The position numbers and the translations under genes were made by a program. A model generated the notes under the pieces. The model was not told the DNA's origin. It saw only the letters and a list, made by a program, of their open reading frames with translations, and made no database searches. This document shows, one piece after another, positions 11,506 to 23,603 of a stretch of 64,000 bases of DNA. Position 1 is the first letter of the stretch. The number at the start of each line of letters is the position of its first letter. This DNA is from Rhizophagus irregularis (Eukaryota), in the NCBI RefSeq assembly GCF_026210795.1, contig NC_089435.1:124001-188000 (forward strand). The letters are read 5' to 3'.

Positions 11506-13598
11506 ATGACTAATAAAAATAAAAAAGACAAAAAGTCAAAAAAATCTGAAAAATGTCACCATTCGGATAGTGATTCGGATAGAAAATCTGATAAGCAGAG
11601 TAGTACCAAACAAGGGTAATTTAATTTGGTTGATTTTTATCAAATTCTTTAATTTCTCAATATATTACTTATTCTTCACAATCGATATCTAATGAAAGTG
11701 ATCCTGAGTTAAGACGTACAAAAAGACGATGATCAGAATCTACAAAAAAACAAAAGCCCGCTTTAATTGACATTGTTCAGGACAAGGGAAACAGTGGTAT
11801 ATTTTGAAAATTTACGTTAATCATGCGCGATTGAATTCAATATATCACGAATTTAAAGGATGTGAAATAATGAAAGGCAAAAAGCCTATTTTTATTGATT
11901 TAGTTGACGAAGACGACGAAGGAAATGATGATACGATTCAACAGAATGAGAGAAATAATGACCAATCGACTCAACAGAATGAGAGAAATAATAATTCCAA
12001 TGAATCCGGTATGTAGTTATATGAAAAACTATTACAAATCGATTTAGTTTTAACCCGATTTCCTTTTGTAGCTTTACAGATGCAGGTTGAGAAGTTGACT
12101 CGCCTGCTTAAGACTGTTACGAAAGGAAAGCAGAAGGTAACTGATCCAAAAGAAAATATTATTGACTGGTCCAACATGGATCTGGAAACTCAAGGTCCAA
12201 AAAGCCGAAAGAACCAGTACATGACCAGGTCATTGAATAAGCCTAAATATGTTCAAAAATACAGTATACCAGGATCGTCAAAAAGCGTGCGAAGCAGACT
12301 ATCTCCATTTCCATCCCCATTCTCTTCCTCTTCATCTTCATCAACTTCATCCTCACCATCCTCAAAATCGGCACCATCCTCAAATTCAGCGCCATCCTCA
12401 AATTCATCATCGTTTCTTCATTACGAAGAAATGAATAGGGATCAGAGGAATGCTTTAAGAGTACCATATTTTATTTTAATTCGTTTTAATTATCCGAATT
12501 CCTGCTAATCAATTATGATAATCTCACGATTAGGGCGAAATAGTCGGAATAATGGACCGACTTCCAGACGATAAAAGTCTAAATATAAAAAAAACCTTTG
12601 AAAGTCAACGAAAAAAAGTGAATAATATCATCCCGGTTATTCAAAAATCAATTAATAAGAAGTTCTTCCTGGTGACCGATGGCGTCATTAAACATGTCAT
12701 TCATGAACATCATCGGCACCAACGGGAGGAACTTCTTAATGCAAGATGAGGTGCAAATTGGGTAGAAAATGATAAAAGAAGGCGGCACGCAAATTCCCGA
12801 TGAAGTGATGTAAATATTAAATTATTTTGTTTGATATTACCTTTTCTTATTAATAAATATTTCCTATTATTTATTTAGAAACGTGAAAGAAGATCAAAAA
12901 TCATCGATAAACTAACCACGTTAAAGGACTGATTGGTAGATAAATTCTACGATGATGAGCTCTGACCTGTTCAGACCGAAAATCGATACCACAGTCCGGA
13001 GGAATCGGAAACCGATGAAGACAACCCAAACAAACGTAAGATCGTCATCCAGGATCTCAAATGGAGATCGTCTTCTGTAAGTATTCGAGTAATTTTTACC
13101 AATCGGTGTATCTTAATTTAATACTATTTTTATTTGTATAGCTACGTACATTTCTTCGAAATTATGTCAATAGTGCGGCTTCATCAAAGTCTTGACGTGT
13201 AAGAAATCGGGAGTATGGTAATTATGCAACTAATGAAATTGATGCGCCAATTAACGCCCCATGATGGACTAAAGATGGCTACAATAGATCCCTAAAACAG
13301 CTTATCAAGAAATATAGTGAAAATAAATGCTCTCCTCCAGAAGAAGCTGACGAAAACCAGGATCCACCGGAAGAAGATGATCAGGCCGGAGAAGATGAAA
13401 ATCAAGAAGTTGTTGACAAAAATCAAGAAGTTGTTGACGAAAATCAAGAAGAAGTTGAAGAAAATCAAGAAGACGAAGAAGAAAATCAGGAAGACGAAGA
13501 AGAGGATCAAAATAAATATAAAAGAGGTGTTAGTGTTGTTTCCTCTGAATATGATAGTATCAGCAGCGAATAGTGGAGTAGTCAAATTATATAAATAA
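11506..13598 (+). pseudogene. CACTA second (TnpA-like/ORF2) gene, multi-exon, with premature stops
   Basis: ATG at 11506 and GT-AG introns. Motifs RYHSPEESETDE, DLKWRSSS..LRTFLRNY and an acidic tail. Several in-frame TGA codons sit where Arg would fit. Confidence 0.65.
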
Positions 13599-13984
13599 CA
13601 ATTTTAGCAATATCGGTATTTCAATAAAACCGATTTTTTAGTATATTAAATATTTTAAATATTTTAAATAAAATCGTAAATTTTCGTAAATTTTTAAATA
13701 AAAATGTATGGCAATCGGAAGATTTCTTATTGTTATAAATTTATCAAAAAGCTATAAATCGGTATACTGATATGTCAAATAGTAAATATTCTAGTATTGG
13801 TAACTATTAATACCCGATTGTACTCTATTGAATATCCCGATTGGTACCCAAGTATCCTCCTTTTGCGCCATCTTTTGGCAGCAATCGGGTTTACCGATTG
13901 ATGAAAATTTTTTAAAAAATAGGGACCAATCGGGTGGAATTCGGTCACCTGATTGGTCCTTGATTTGACATTGTTCGACTAGTG

Positions 13985-16808
13985 CGGTAATAAATATTGA
14001 TGGCAAAACAAGCAGTGACAATCGAGAGAAGCCAGACCTGGAACACCTTTTCCTTTTTCAAGTCTATTCATCACAGCACAGGCCTCTTTAATGATTAAAT
14101 CGTCAAAAGATGCAATTTCGGCTTCAGATTTTTTTTTGTAATCGATATTGACAATGTTGTGAACGGCACCTAAAATATAAAAAGTTTGAGTTGGCATGCA
14201 GGTGAAATAACAAAGAAAAATCGTCATGTACAAATCAAACCATTTAATAAAGATGTTATTTTTTTTAATTCGCTATGGAAAGATTCTAACGAATTCGTTG
14301 ATGTGACCTGTAAAAGCAGGGGGAATGTTGATGAGCCCATAAGCCCCATTTCTTTGTATTTTTCGTATAATTTCTTTTAATGTAATTTTGTATATAAGGA
14401 ATGGAATAATGATTAATAGCATCCTGAACAAGATTTTCACATCCAATTTTTGTTCTTTTATGCATTGCCACGATCATGGTGTCTCAAGTTTTTTTTTCAT
14501 TAATTTTTTGCATCCACATCCTCATGACATGAACAACACAAAAAAGGACTTGGCACTCTTGTTCACCAGCATTTATGCCAGGAAATGTCTTTTTAATGCT
14601 CTTAGCTTCAATGTTACTATTAAAGCTCTGAACGGTTCGGGCTAAACTGGGGAACTGATCCGAAACCGGCTCAAAATTCGGTTCGGTTCGGTTCGGGTAT
14701 TAGAACCAAAAACCGGCAGTTCGGTTCGGTTTAATCTGATTTTTTATAAAAATGCGAAAAATCGAATAGCCGGCTATCTAGTGATCGTACAAAGTCGAGC
14801 CATATATCATTGGATTCGTCTCGACGCGACGCGTCGAATGGTGGTAAGATCATGTCTCTAGCATCGATAGATCACACGTTAACCCACGCTAAATTATTTA
14901 TAAATAATTGGAATTAGCAAGCTATCTATCGATGCTAGAGACATGATCTTAGCATCATTCGACGCGTCTCCGTGAGACGAATCCAATGAATATAAATTTG
15001 TTCGTGTATGACCACTGGATGGCGAATAATATCAAGTTTCGCATTTTTTTAAAATTTTTGAGCGTTAAAAATTAAAAATTCCGATACATGAATTTATTCG
15101 TCGTCCAATAGTCGTACAAATATGAATTAGGACTCATTGGATTAGACGAGTCGAATGGTGGTAAGATCACGTCTCTAGCATCGATAGATAGCTTGCTAAT
15201 GCCAATTTTTTATAAATCATTTAGCGTGAATTAACTTACGATCTATTGATGCTAGAGACATGATCTTACCACCATTCGACTCGTCTCATTAAGACGAATC
15301 CAATGAGTCCTAATTCATATTTGTACGACCATTGGACGACGAATAAATTCATGTATCGGAATTTTTAATTTTTAATGCTCGAAAATTTTAAAAAAATGCG
15401 AAACTTGATATTATTCGCCATCCAGTGGTCATATACGAACGAATTTATATTCATTGGATTCGTCTCACTGAGACGCGTCGAATGATGCTAAGATCATGTC
15501 TCTAGCATCGATAGATAGCTTGCTAATTCCAATTATTTATAAATAATTTAGCGTGGGTTAACGTGTGATCTATCGATGCTAGAGACATGATCATACCACC
15601 ATTCGACGCGTCTCGTCGAGACGAATCCAATGATATATAACTCGACTTTGTACGATCACTAGATGGCCGGCTATTCAATTTTTCGCATTTTTATAAAAAT
15701 CGGATTAAACCGAACCGAACCGCCGGTTTTTCGGTTCGGTTCTTATGGATTTCGGCTCTAATCCGAACTGTCTATAATCCGGACCAAACCGACCCGTTCG
15801 GAGCTTTAGTTACTATGATCCGCAAGTATGTAACGGGGACCAACGACAATACTTATTGCGAATTATTGTTAAAGCTTCTGCAACTGTATCTGCATTCTCA
15901 TTGCTTACGAAAAAATGGGCGCCTACATTCCAACATCCGAAAGTGTTATGAACGTAAAGAGTAAATAGACGCCAGTCATACCGGTTGGTCTTATGTGTTG
16001 AATCTATAAGCGTCAACCATCCATGGCATTCAAGTTTCTTTAGTTGCTCTGGGTGCACAAACACAGTACATTTAGTAGATCATTGGGAGATGCAGAAATT
16101 TTCAACAAGATACCCCTGTTCTGTTAAAAAAGAAACAGATTCCAAAATGTCTGATTTTAAGTTCGAATTCCCAATAAAACGGGTTTCCGTAGGCTCACAA
16201 ATTTTGTATTTAATATTCGTTACTTCTTTGCGCTTCAGCTCACGCGTACATTCACCAAGATCTAATTCTAACGTCACGTATTCTTTGATGGCAGATGTGA
16301 TAGCTGGAGGAGGATAATTTTTGGCCGCTTCTATTTCAACTAAACTTCTAATGACTTTTGGCCGTTTCAGCCTATCGACTTTTGATAAAGAATGTGTATG
16401 GTTGGGGGAGTTTTTATATTGCTCTACTTGAACTACCTCTGAAGAAGCTATCCATAAAACTTTAATTATTGCAGAATATACGTCAGGTGGTCGTGTCTTG
16501 GTTATTCAGCGTTTTTCATTTAGAACATTTTCTTTTTCTCAGGTACTTGATTCGCGGTGCTTCATAAAACGACAGGTGAAAGTTTTTCGAATATCACCGT
16601 TTACATATTCATACGAGTCCCATTTCGTCCAAATATTTGAAACTAACGGTCACCACTCGTCATTAAAAACCTCCATTGGGATTTCTAAAGTATGGTCTAC
16701 ATCAAAAAGAAGATCCCGCTTTTCGTTTGGTGTGAGATTTGATGTTAACGTTATAATTAAAGGAGTGGGAGCTGAAAACACAGGAGTAACAGTTAATGGA
16801 AAAGACAT
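13985..16808 (-). pseudogene. Mutator-like (MULE) transposase, interrupted by a foldback MITE and truncated by the CACTA element
   Basis: Contains LTLIDSTHKTNRYDWRLFTL..GAHFFVSNE (MULE DDE region) and a SWIM-like CHCLFCHQYLLP that is cut at the CACTA TIR. Confidence 0.85.
14621..15808. mobile_element. Non-autonomous hAT-type foldback element (1188 bp, near-complete palindrome)
   Basis: TIRs TAAAGCTCTGAACGG / CCGTTCGGAGCTTTA and a perfect 8-bp TSD GTTACTAT (14613-14620, 15809-15816). Inverted arms of ~500 bp surround a centre near 15215. Confidence 0.92.
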
Positions 16809-16963
16809 AATAAAGTGAAAAGTTTTTTTTACTTAGAAAATGAGTAAAATGCGCGATATTGTAATGTTGATACCAATTAAACCAATAATCGTTTGTTATT
16901 TTCGAGAAATCACGGGAAACTTCCGGCTAATCCCGAAATCGTATCACGTGATTTGCCCCTGCT

Positions 16964-19387
16964 CAGGGACGATGATTTTATGCGGCAATAAAACATGAAT
17001 TATGTATGCAACAAAAGCAAAATATGCATTTTTAAGGTGCATATTTTTTTACGATTATGTGCAAATTATGCACCAAAATTTATAATTATGTAAAATTATG
17101 TGCAGTTTTATTATAGTAAAAATCAAAAAAATTAAATTTTTGTATATAAAAAAATATTATTTATAATTAGAATTTCATTTATTCTTTATTTAAAAGTGTT
17201 ATTGCGTAAATTTAAATCCCTATTCCTTAAATCCCAATTCTTCTAAATTTTAGCACCATTAAAGTACATCATACTTAATCTTTTAAGAGAATCTTGAGAC
17301 AGGTTTTGACGATCACTGTCTAAAAGAAAATTATACATAGAAAAACTTCGTTCAACGGTACAACTTGAAATCGGCAGCCAAATGTAATCTATTGCAATAT
17401 TAGAAAGGATTGGCAGTTGTGTTGCCTTATCTTCCCAATATCGATCCAATTCCATTTCACTTAAAAATTCGTTATCTAATCCACAATAAATTCCCCATTC
17501 TCGTAATAATTCATCCGATAGGTTGTCAAATTCTTTAATTATACTATACTGTCGAATGTTTTTTCGTAAAGCATCTCCAAAATGAATAAATTTGGGATCA
17601 AATACTTGACATGCATAGAAAAGTGGCCGAGCTGGATGATTAGGAATATGTGCAGTGAACTTGACATAAGCTGCTTCAAATGCTGCTCGAAAAATGGAAT
17701 AGAATTCATGTGTATTAAATCGGAGACTATTAATTAAGTTTTCTAAGAAAAGACCAAAATCATTTGAATTCCTATATGTTTCGATATATGCAGTAAGTTG
17801 TTGAAGGCGTAATTCTACAAAAGGAAAAACAGGTTTTTTTAATTGTTGGAAAAAATCAAGATCTTGAACAAATTCTTTAGCATAAGAGGAAATGAAATTA
17901 AGGTAAATTGTAATGACTCCCAATTCCTTTTCATTTTCCAAGCAAGAATTAATAGCAGCCAAAGTGTTGTGTTTCTTATCATTATTGAATTCTTCTTTAA
18001 AAAAAAGAAGGCCAATAGATAATATGATCCTTTGCATATGAAACCATCCGAAACCAAGAGTTCCAACGCGTTTTGTTATATAAAGGAATTTTGCATGGTG
18101 AGGGAATTCCATGCATTTTTAAATAAGCCAGGTATCATCCTCTTCGGGAAGGAGAATTAACAAAAACCTCTTTAATTTTATCCAAAAAACATTTTAAAGT
18201 ATGAAATTGAGGTAATGTTCTCCACATATCCCTTTAATTTTATATAGAAAAGAACAAATCCTTTTTTATTAATTAGAACTTTTTTATATTAGATTGTACA
18301 AACACTTTAAACAAGAAAATTAATGCAAAATAATTAAAAAGAAAAAAGAAAATATAGACCACTATGTAACCATAATTATTATCATGATGAAATTTGCCTC
18401 CTCTTACAATAAAAATAATGTCTACCAGCAGCTTACATACCCGATAAGATTTATAATATGTGCACAACACGGCACATGAATTAACTGAGGCATTAATGGA
18501 GACAGAACTTCACAATGACATTTTTTCATGTACGCGGCTGAATCTGAAAGAAATAGGCGTGGCAAATTGAAGGATATATTAAAGTGAGTAAGAATGGTTG
18601 TGAGAACTTGTCCCATTGTGGTATTATTTACACGTTCAAGAAAATCAACTGAAACTAATTTTGTTTCATTATGATAACAAAAAAGGGTGTTGACAACACT
18701 CCGAGCACAATCATCAGTAGTTTCATCCATAATTATAGCCACAGGTTTTGAATCAAAAAGTAATTTAAGTGACTGGAAGTGTTTATCAAAAACGCTAGGT
18801 AGGTAATTTTGTCTGAGAGTAGGAGCTTGAGGAATGGAACCTCCATTTTTAACGTGTTTTTTAAAAAATAGAAGTAGTGAATTGACTTTTTCAAGAGGAA
18901 TGTCTGCTGTTGCAAACGCTTCTATAAGGTCTTCAATAAGTTGTTTTTTTGATTCTGAAACTGCCTGAGTAGATGAAAGGGTAAGTTGTTGTGTTTTATT
19001 CTGGCTTTCTTCTTGACTTCTTACGTTAAAAACGTGTTTCTGACTTTTACAATGATTATCTACAGTAGATTTACGCTTCCAGTCTATAGAAATATTGCAA
19101 TGATTGCAAAAGAGAACATTGTCATCTACTCGAAAAATATCTTTATATTCATTACATCTAGTATAAACTGATGAGGTTTTTTGTTTTTTTGGCATTGCGA
19201 AAGAAAAAAAGATGATCGAACTGATAATCCGTAGCAAATTAAATATGTTTTACTGCGGATTATGCGCTCTGATATGGGATAATTTAAATTATGTGATTTT
19301 ATGATGCGATCAACTTAAATTATGCATTTATCGCATAATTATGCATTTAACGTGAAATTATGTGATTGCATAGAATCATCGTCCCTG
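16964..19387 (-). mobile_element. hAT transposon (2424 bp) with both TIRs and TSD
   Basis: TIR CAGGGACGATGATTYTATGC at both ends and 8-bp TSD CCCCTGCT (16956-16963, 19388-19395). Confidence 0.93.
17243..19195 (-). pseudogene. hAT transposase with CGGBP1-like N-terminal zinc finger; one intron, an internal TGA and a frameshift
   Basis: Motifs LFCNHCNISIDWKRKSTVDNHCKSQKH, MDETTD, SDSAAYM, CCAHIINL, TRWNSW and the dimerisation motif LPISSCTVERSFS. Intron at ~18235-18440. Confidence 0.88.
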
Positions 19388-19719
19388 CCCCTGCTTTATA
19401 TGATTCCTTTTTAGGAAATTTTATGTTACACGACCGGAAACCAAATTTAGAAAAACTGGTTTTTTGTGGAATGGGTATCACCAAAAATGGAAATGATCGA
19501 CATACCCGTGAGTCACGTGATAACAATTAAATACCTAATCATAAATTCCGGCTGAAATTAAATGATCAGTGAAAAATTTCCTTTTAGGATTCTTGTGAAA
19601 CCAAAAATTTCATTTTTGCTGGGAAACAAAATTGCCTTTTTTTGGATTTGTGTAATGTTACTCATACCCTAAAAAGGATAATTCCATGCCGATTACTTAA
19701 TTTCGGCCAGAATTATAAT

Positions 19720-19822
19720 CAATCCGGTCAATCCGCGGATAATCCGATGATTCGATTTTTTTAATCCGGATTGTGATCATCCAGATGACAGATTGACCAG
19801 ATTCATCCGGAGCGCACCTTTA
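19720..19822. mobile_element. Isolated right end of a hAT element
   Basis: ...ATCCGGAGCGCACCTTTA is the reverse complement of a close variant of the left end TAGAGGTGCGTTCCAGAT at 21091, and is preceded by AATCCG subterminal motifs. Confidence 0.65.
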
Positions 19823-20320
19823 GCACTGATAGATGGCTTGCTAATTCTAATTATTAATAAATCATTTAGCGTGAGTTAACGTGTGATCTATCGATCCATG
19901 AGCATGATGCTTTGCACCAATTCGACGTAATAGTCTTTATCGTGACGAATCCAATGATGTATGGCTCAACCTTTTACGATTACTGGATGGATGGCTATTC
20001 GATTTTTCGCATTTTTATAAAAATTGGATTAAACTGAACTGAACTGTCAGTTTTTCAGTTCAGTTCTTATGGATTTTGGCTCTAATCCGAACCGTCTATA
20101 ATCTGGACCAAACTATACATGCTGCCCAAATTATTTTAGGATGCCATAATTATAATTTGGGATGTCGTAATTCATTCAATTTATATATAATTTACTATGT
20201 AAAGTGCCAAAATAATTTGGGATGTCATAATTGAATTTGGGATTTTACTTATAATTATTACGGCAGCCCAAAATAATTTGGGTGGCATGTATAGACCAAA
20301 CTGACCTATTTGGAGCTTTA
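19823..20320. mobile_element. Right-hand part of a second copy of the 14621-15808 foldback element
   Basis: Collinear with 15505-15808 and ends in GGAGCTTTA. Interrupted by the 180-bp MITE. Confidence 0.85.
20114..20293. mobile_element. 180-bp hAT-type MITE, copy 1
   Basis: TIR TATACATGCYRCCCAAATTATTTT and 8-bp TSD GACCAAAC. A second copy lies at 49064-49240. Confidence 0.92.
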
Positions 20321-21093
20321 CTAAAGATAATAATTCCAATATTGTAATAGGAACTCTAGTAACACCATCTGAATTTGACAATTTAATTGAACTTGCTGGA
20401 GAATTATGGAAAGAATGGGGTCATGAACAAAATTCCACAACAGAGTTGTACGTGCAAATTGGAAGATATTGCTTAGGTAAAAATCCATATAATAGGCTAT
20501 ATTCTTCCAAATATGATACATCTCTCAATTGCTGGTTGTTAATAAATGATGGTAAAAATCAACTTTCAAGATTGGCAATAAAACTTTTCAGCATTACACC
20601 CCATTCAGCTAGTTGTGAGCAAATATTTTCTTCTTTAGGATGGTTCTTTAGAAAGTGATAGCAACGTTTTCAGCTTAATACTCTTCAATCAATGGCTAAA
20701 ATGTATCACTATTCTATATCACATTCTGTTAGTTATATAAGTAAAACATACGAAGAAGAAGAGTTACATGACTTATTATTTGAAATAAGCAGTAAATTGG
20801 GAGATACAGAAGATGATGTTTTTGATGAAACTACTATTAATCAAGATATGGTACGAGCAAGAGAATTAGAATGTGTAATTAATTATGAATATGAATTAGA
20901 AAATGATGATCTTACTATTGAAAGATCGGTAGACTTAAGTTCTTGGATAATCATTGAAGTTAGTTCAACTCCCGTTTTAACATATAAATCCGATTCAAGT
21001 AATGATAATGATTGTGAAGATTTTGATCCCAAAGAATTGGCCAATAAATATAGAATAAATATGAAGGATAATGAAAATACTAATGAGGATTAG
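20321..21093 (+). pseudogene. C-terminal fragment of a hAT transposase (dimerisation domain and acidic tail)
   Basis: Contains WLLIND..QLSRLAIKLFSITPHSASCEQIFSSLGW. Confidence 0.8.
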
Positions 21094-22380
21094 AGGTGCG
21101 TTCCAGATATACATGGCCTGGTAATTCAGTATTTTCGTATAAATACATAATTCATAATCCTGGTAATTAATTACCAGATTATTTGAAAAATACGTAAATA
21201 CATAATTATTTACGTATAACGTAAATATTTATATATAACGTAATTAAATTAATATAAATTATATATATAATTAATAGATAATATAGTGTGAAATTATTTT
21301 GATCAACTTCCAAATTAATAAAACTATCTAAACCATAAATAGTAATTTATTTATCAAGTAAAAAAACTATAAAAAGAAATCATTCATTTTTTTTTTAACA
21401 TTTAAAAAAAGAATTTATAATTTTTTCGCGTTATAATATATTTCTTTTAAATCTTCTTAAGATATTTTAAATATGGATAACAGTAATGATAATCAAATAC
21501 AATTATTAATCAAAATAAAAAAAAACGTGGTCATCCAAAAACTGATATTTGGGATTATTTTAAGGAAGGGCCAAGAAATAGAGGGCATTGTTCAGCAGAA
21601 TGTAATTTTTGTGGTTGGAAATAACAAGTAGGTCAGCCTATTGAAATGCAAGGACATATTGCTTTAAATTGTTTAAAGGTATCACCTGAAGTAAAGTCTT
21701 TATTCCTGGAAAAAGTAAAAAATAATGGACATCTCGGTTATAATAAAAAAATTAAAATTAGCCACAATCAGCCAAAAATAGATGAGATATTTGATTCAAT
21801 CAAAATTGATCAAGCTAAAATTGAAATGGCAAATCGTGCTATTGTAAAATTTTTTGCTTGCTGCGGTATCCCTTTTCATATAATTGAAAACCCTTTTTTT
21901 ATTGACCTTCTTCGTACATCTCTTACAGAAGATATGCTTAATGCAGAAATCTCACATGTTATTACTGAAATAAATCTTAAATTAAATAATGAAAAAAATC
22001 TTACATTGGATACGTAATAATAATTTATTATAATATATAATAAATTAAATTATTAATTGTAATTTCTTAATTTTTAAAGGAGTAGATAGTTGGACGAGTA
22101 CTAGTAGACAATCACTTTATGCATTTGTTATTATTACTGGTGAAAGAAAAGAATATATTCATTCAGTTCAAAATTTATCAAACTATTCACACACGGGAGA
22201 GTTTTTAGCAAATAAAATAATTGAGGTAATTGAAAATGTTGGAGTTACAAAATTTGCAGGAATAGTATCAGATAATGCGTCTACAATGGTCATGGTAAAA
22301 CAGTTAGTTAACGATCGATATGGATTTATAATGCCAATTCGGTGCATTGTACATCATATAAATCTATTAACCAATGATAT

Positions 22381-23603
22381 CCCTATAAAAAGTATTATAC
22401 TTAAAATATACTTAAAATATATTATGAAATAGATTATAAGTATATTTTAAGTATATTACTAAAAATATATCTATAATATACTTAAATTTTAATTTAAATA
22501 TAATTTACAGAGGGCGATCAGAATTATCCGGCCACTTTTCAAGTTGAAATAATTTATATATATATAATATAGCAATAATAAAAATTTAAGTTAAACAAAT
22601 TCATTATGTCTTTGTTTACTAATTCAGATAAAATTTTAATAATAAATTCTATCTCCATTTGCAAAAATAACTCCCCAATTCACAGAGATATGCTATTGAT
22701 AGATTTTTTATAATATTCTGGAGTAATACCTTTCAATGCAACTTTAACATAGTACTTTTCAAGTGGTTTTATCAGAAAATTTAATAAGGTATGCAAGCAT
22801 AATGTTGAAAAAGTATTATGCCATTATATTACATATTAATTACAGGTATTATGCAAATGTAATACTATGTAAATTATAAATTTTTCAAGTTTGCGAAATT
22901 TGCGAATTTTAAAATTTAAAATTGTATGTTAAGGTTATTTTGAGATCTAGTGATTGAAATTTTGAAATTTTGGGTTCATCAGATTCGTCTCATTGAGAGA
23001 ATTTGAATGGTAATAATTTAATGTTTGTAGGATCGATATTCATCACATGATTACGCTCTAAAAGCATAAATGTCATCTACGATATTTTCTGATCCTGTGA
23101 TTGAAATTTTCCGATTTATAGCTCTTTTGATCCGTCTCATTGAGACGATTCGAATGGTGGTAAGCACAGGTCGATCAGATCGATATTGGCGAAATTATGA
23201 TGTTTTTAATATTTTTAAGTTTGTTTACACAAAATTGTAAAATTTATAAAATTCATACTATAGGGTGACTTCATACTTTCGAAAAATATGAAGCATTGGA
23301 ATTTGTTTATTGTGATTATAAATACAAAATTATATCTTATTTATATTACATTAACACATCATGATCAACAAAATTTTAGCAAAATAAACTGGCCGAATAA
23401 TTTTGATCGCCCTCTGTAAGTATATTTTAAGTATTTGGGCAAAAATTAAATATATTAGAAATATATTTTAAGATAATTTTAAATACATTTTAAGTATATT
23501 ATAAGTATTTCGCAATTTTTAAATTAACTATATTTTAAGTATATTTTAAATATATTTTAAAAAGTTTTTAATTATATTTTAAATATAAATACTTTTTATA
23601 GGA
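22381..23603. mobile_element. Non-autonomous CCCTA-ended (CACTA/CMC-like) element inserted in the hAT transposase
   Basis: Ends CCCTATAAAAAGTATT...AATACTTTTTATAGGA with 3-bp TSD TAT. Removing it restores the reading frame LTNDICKLE. Confidence 0.85.
22508..23416. mobile_element. Tc1/mariner-type MITE nested in the CCCTA element
   Basis: TIRs CAGAGGGCGATCARAATTATYCGGCCA flanked by TA on both sides. Confidence 0.9.

Larger units (their letters stand above)
8311..13984. mobile_element. CACTA/EnSpm (CMC) DNA transposon, left end lost, right TIR intact
   Basis: Contains a Transposase_21-type gene and a divergent second gene. The right end ...TTGTTCGACTAGTG (CACTAGTCGAAC on minus) at 13984 has AATCGG/CCGATT subterminal motifs and interrupts the MULE SWIM-like motif. 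Confidence 0.8.

Noticed and set aside
13292..13598. Lys-rich (+) and Phe-rich (-) ORFs
   Set aside because: They are alternative frames of the acidic GAAAATCAAGAAG repeat tail of CACTA ORF2.
5081..13984. One complete CACTA element from CACTAAGCC (5081) to CTAGTG (13984)
   Set aside because: The TIRs differ after CACTA, the subterminal motifs differ, and the flanks (ATA vs CGG) form no TSD.
19822..21091. The two similar hAT termini as the ends of a single element
   Set aside because: They face away from each other and have different flanks, so they belong to two copies.
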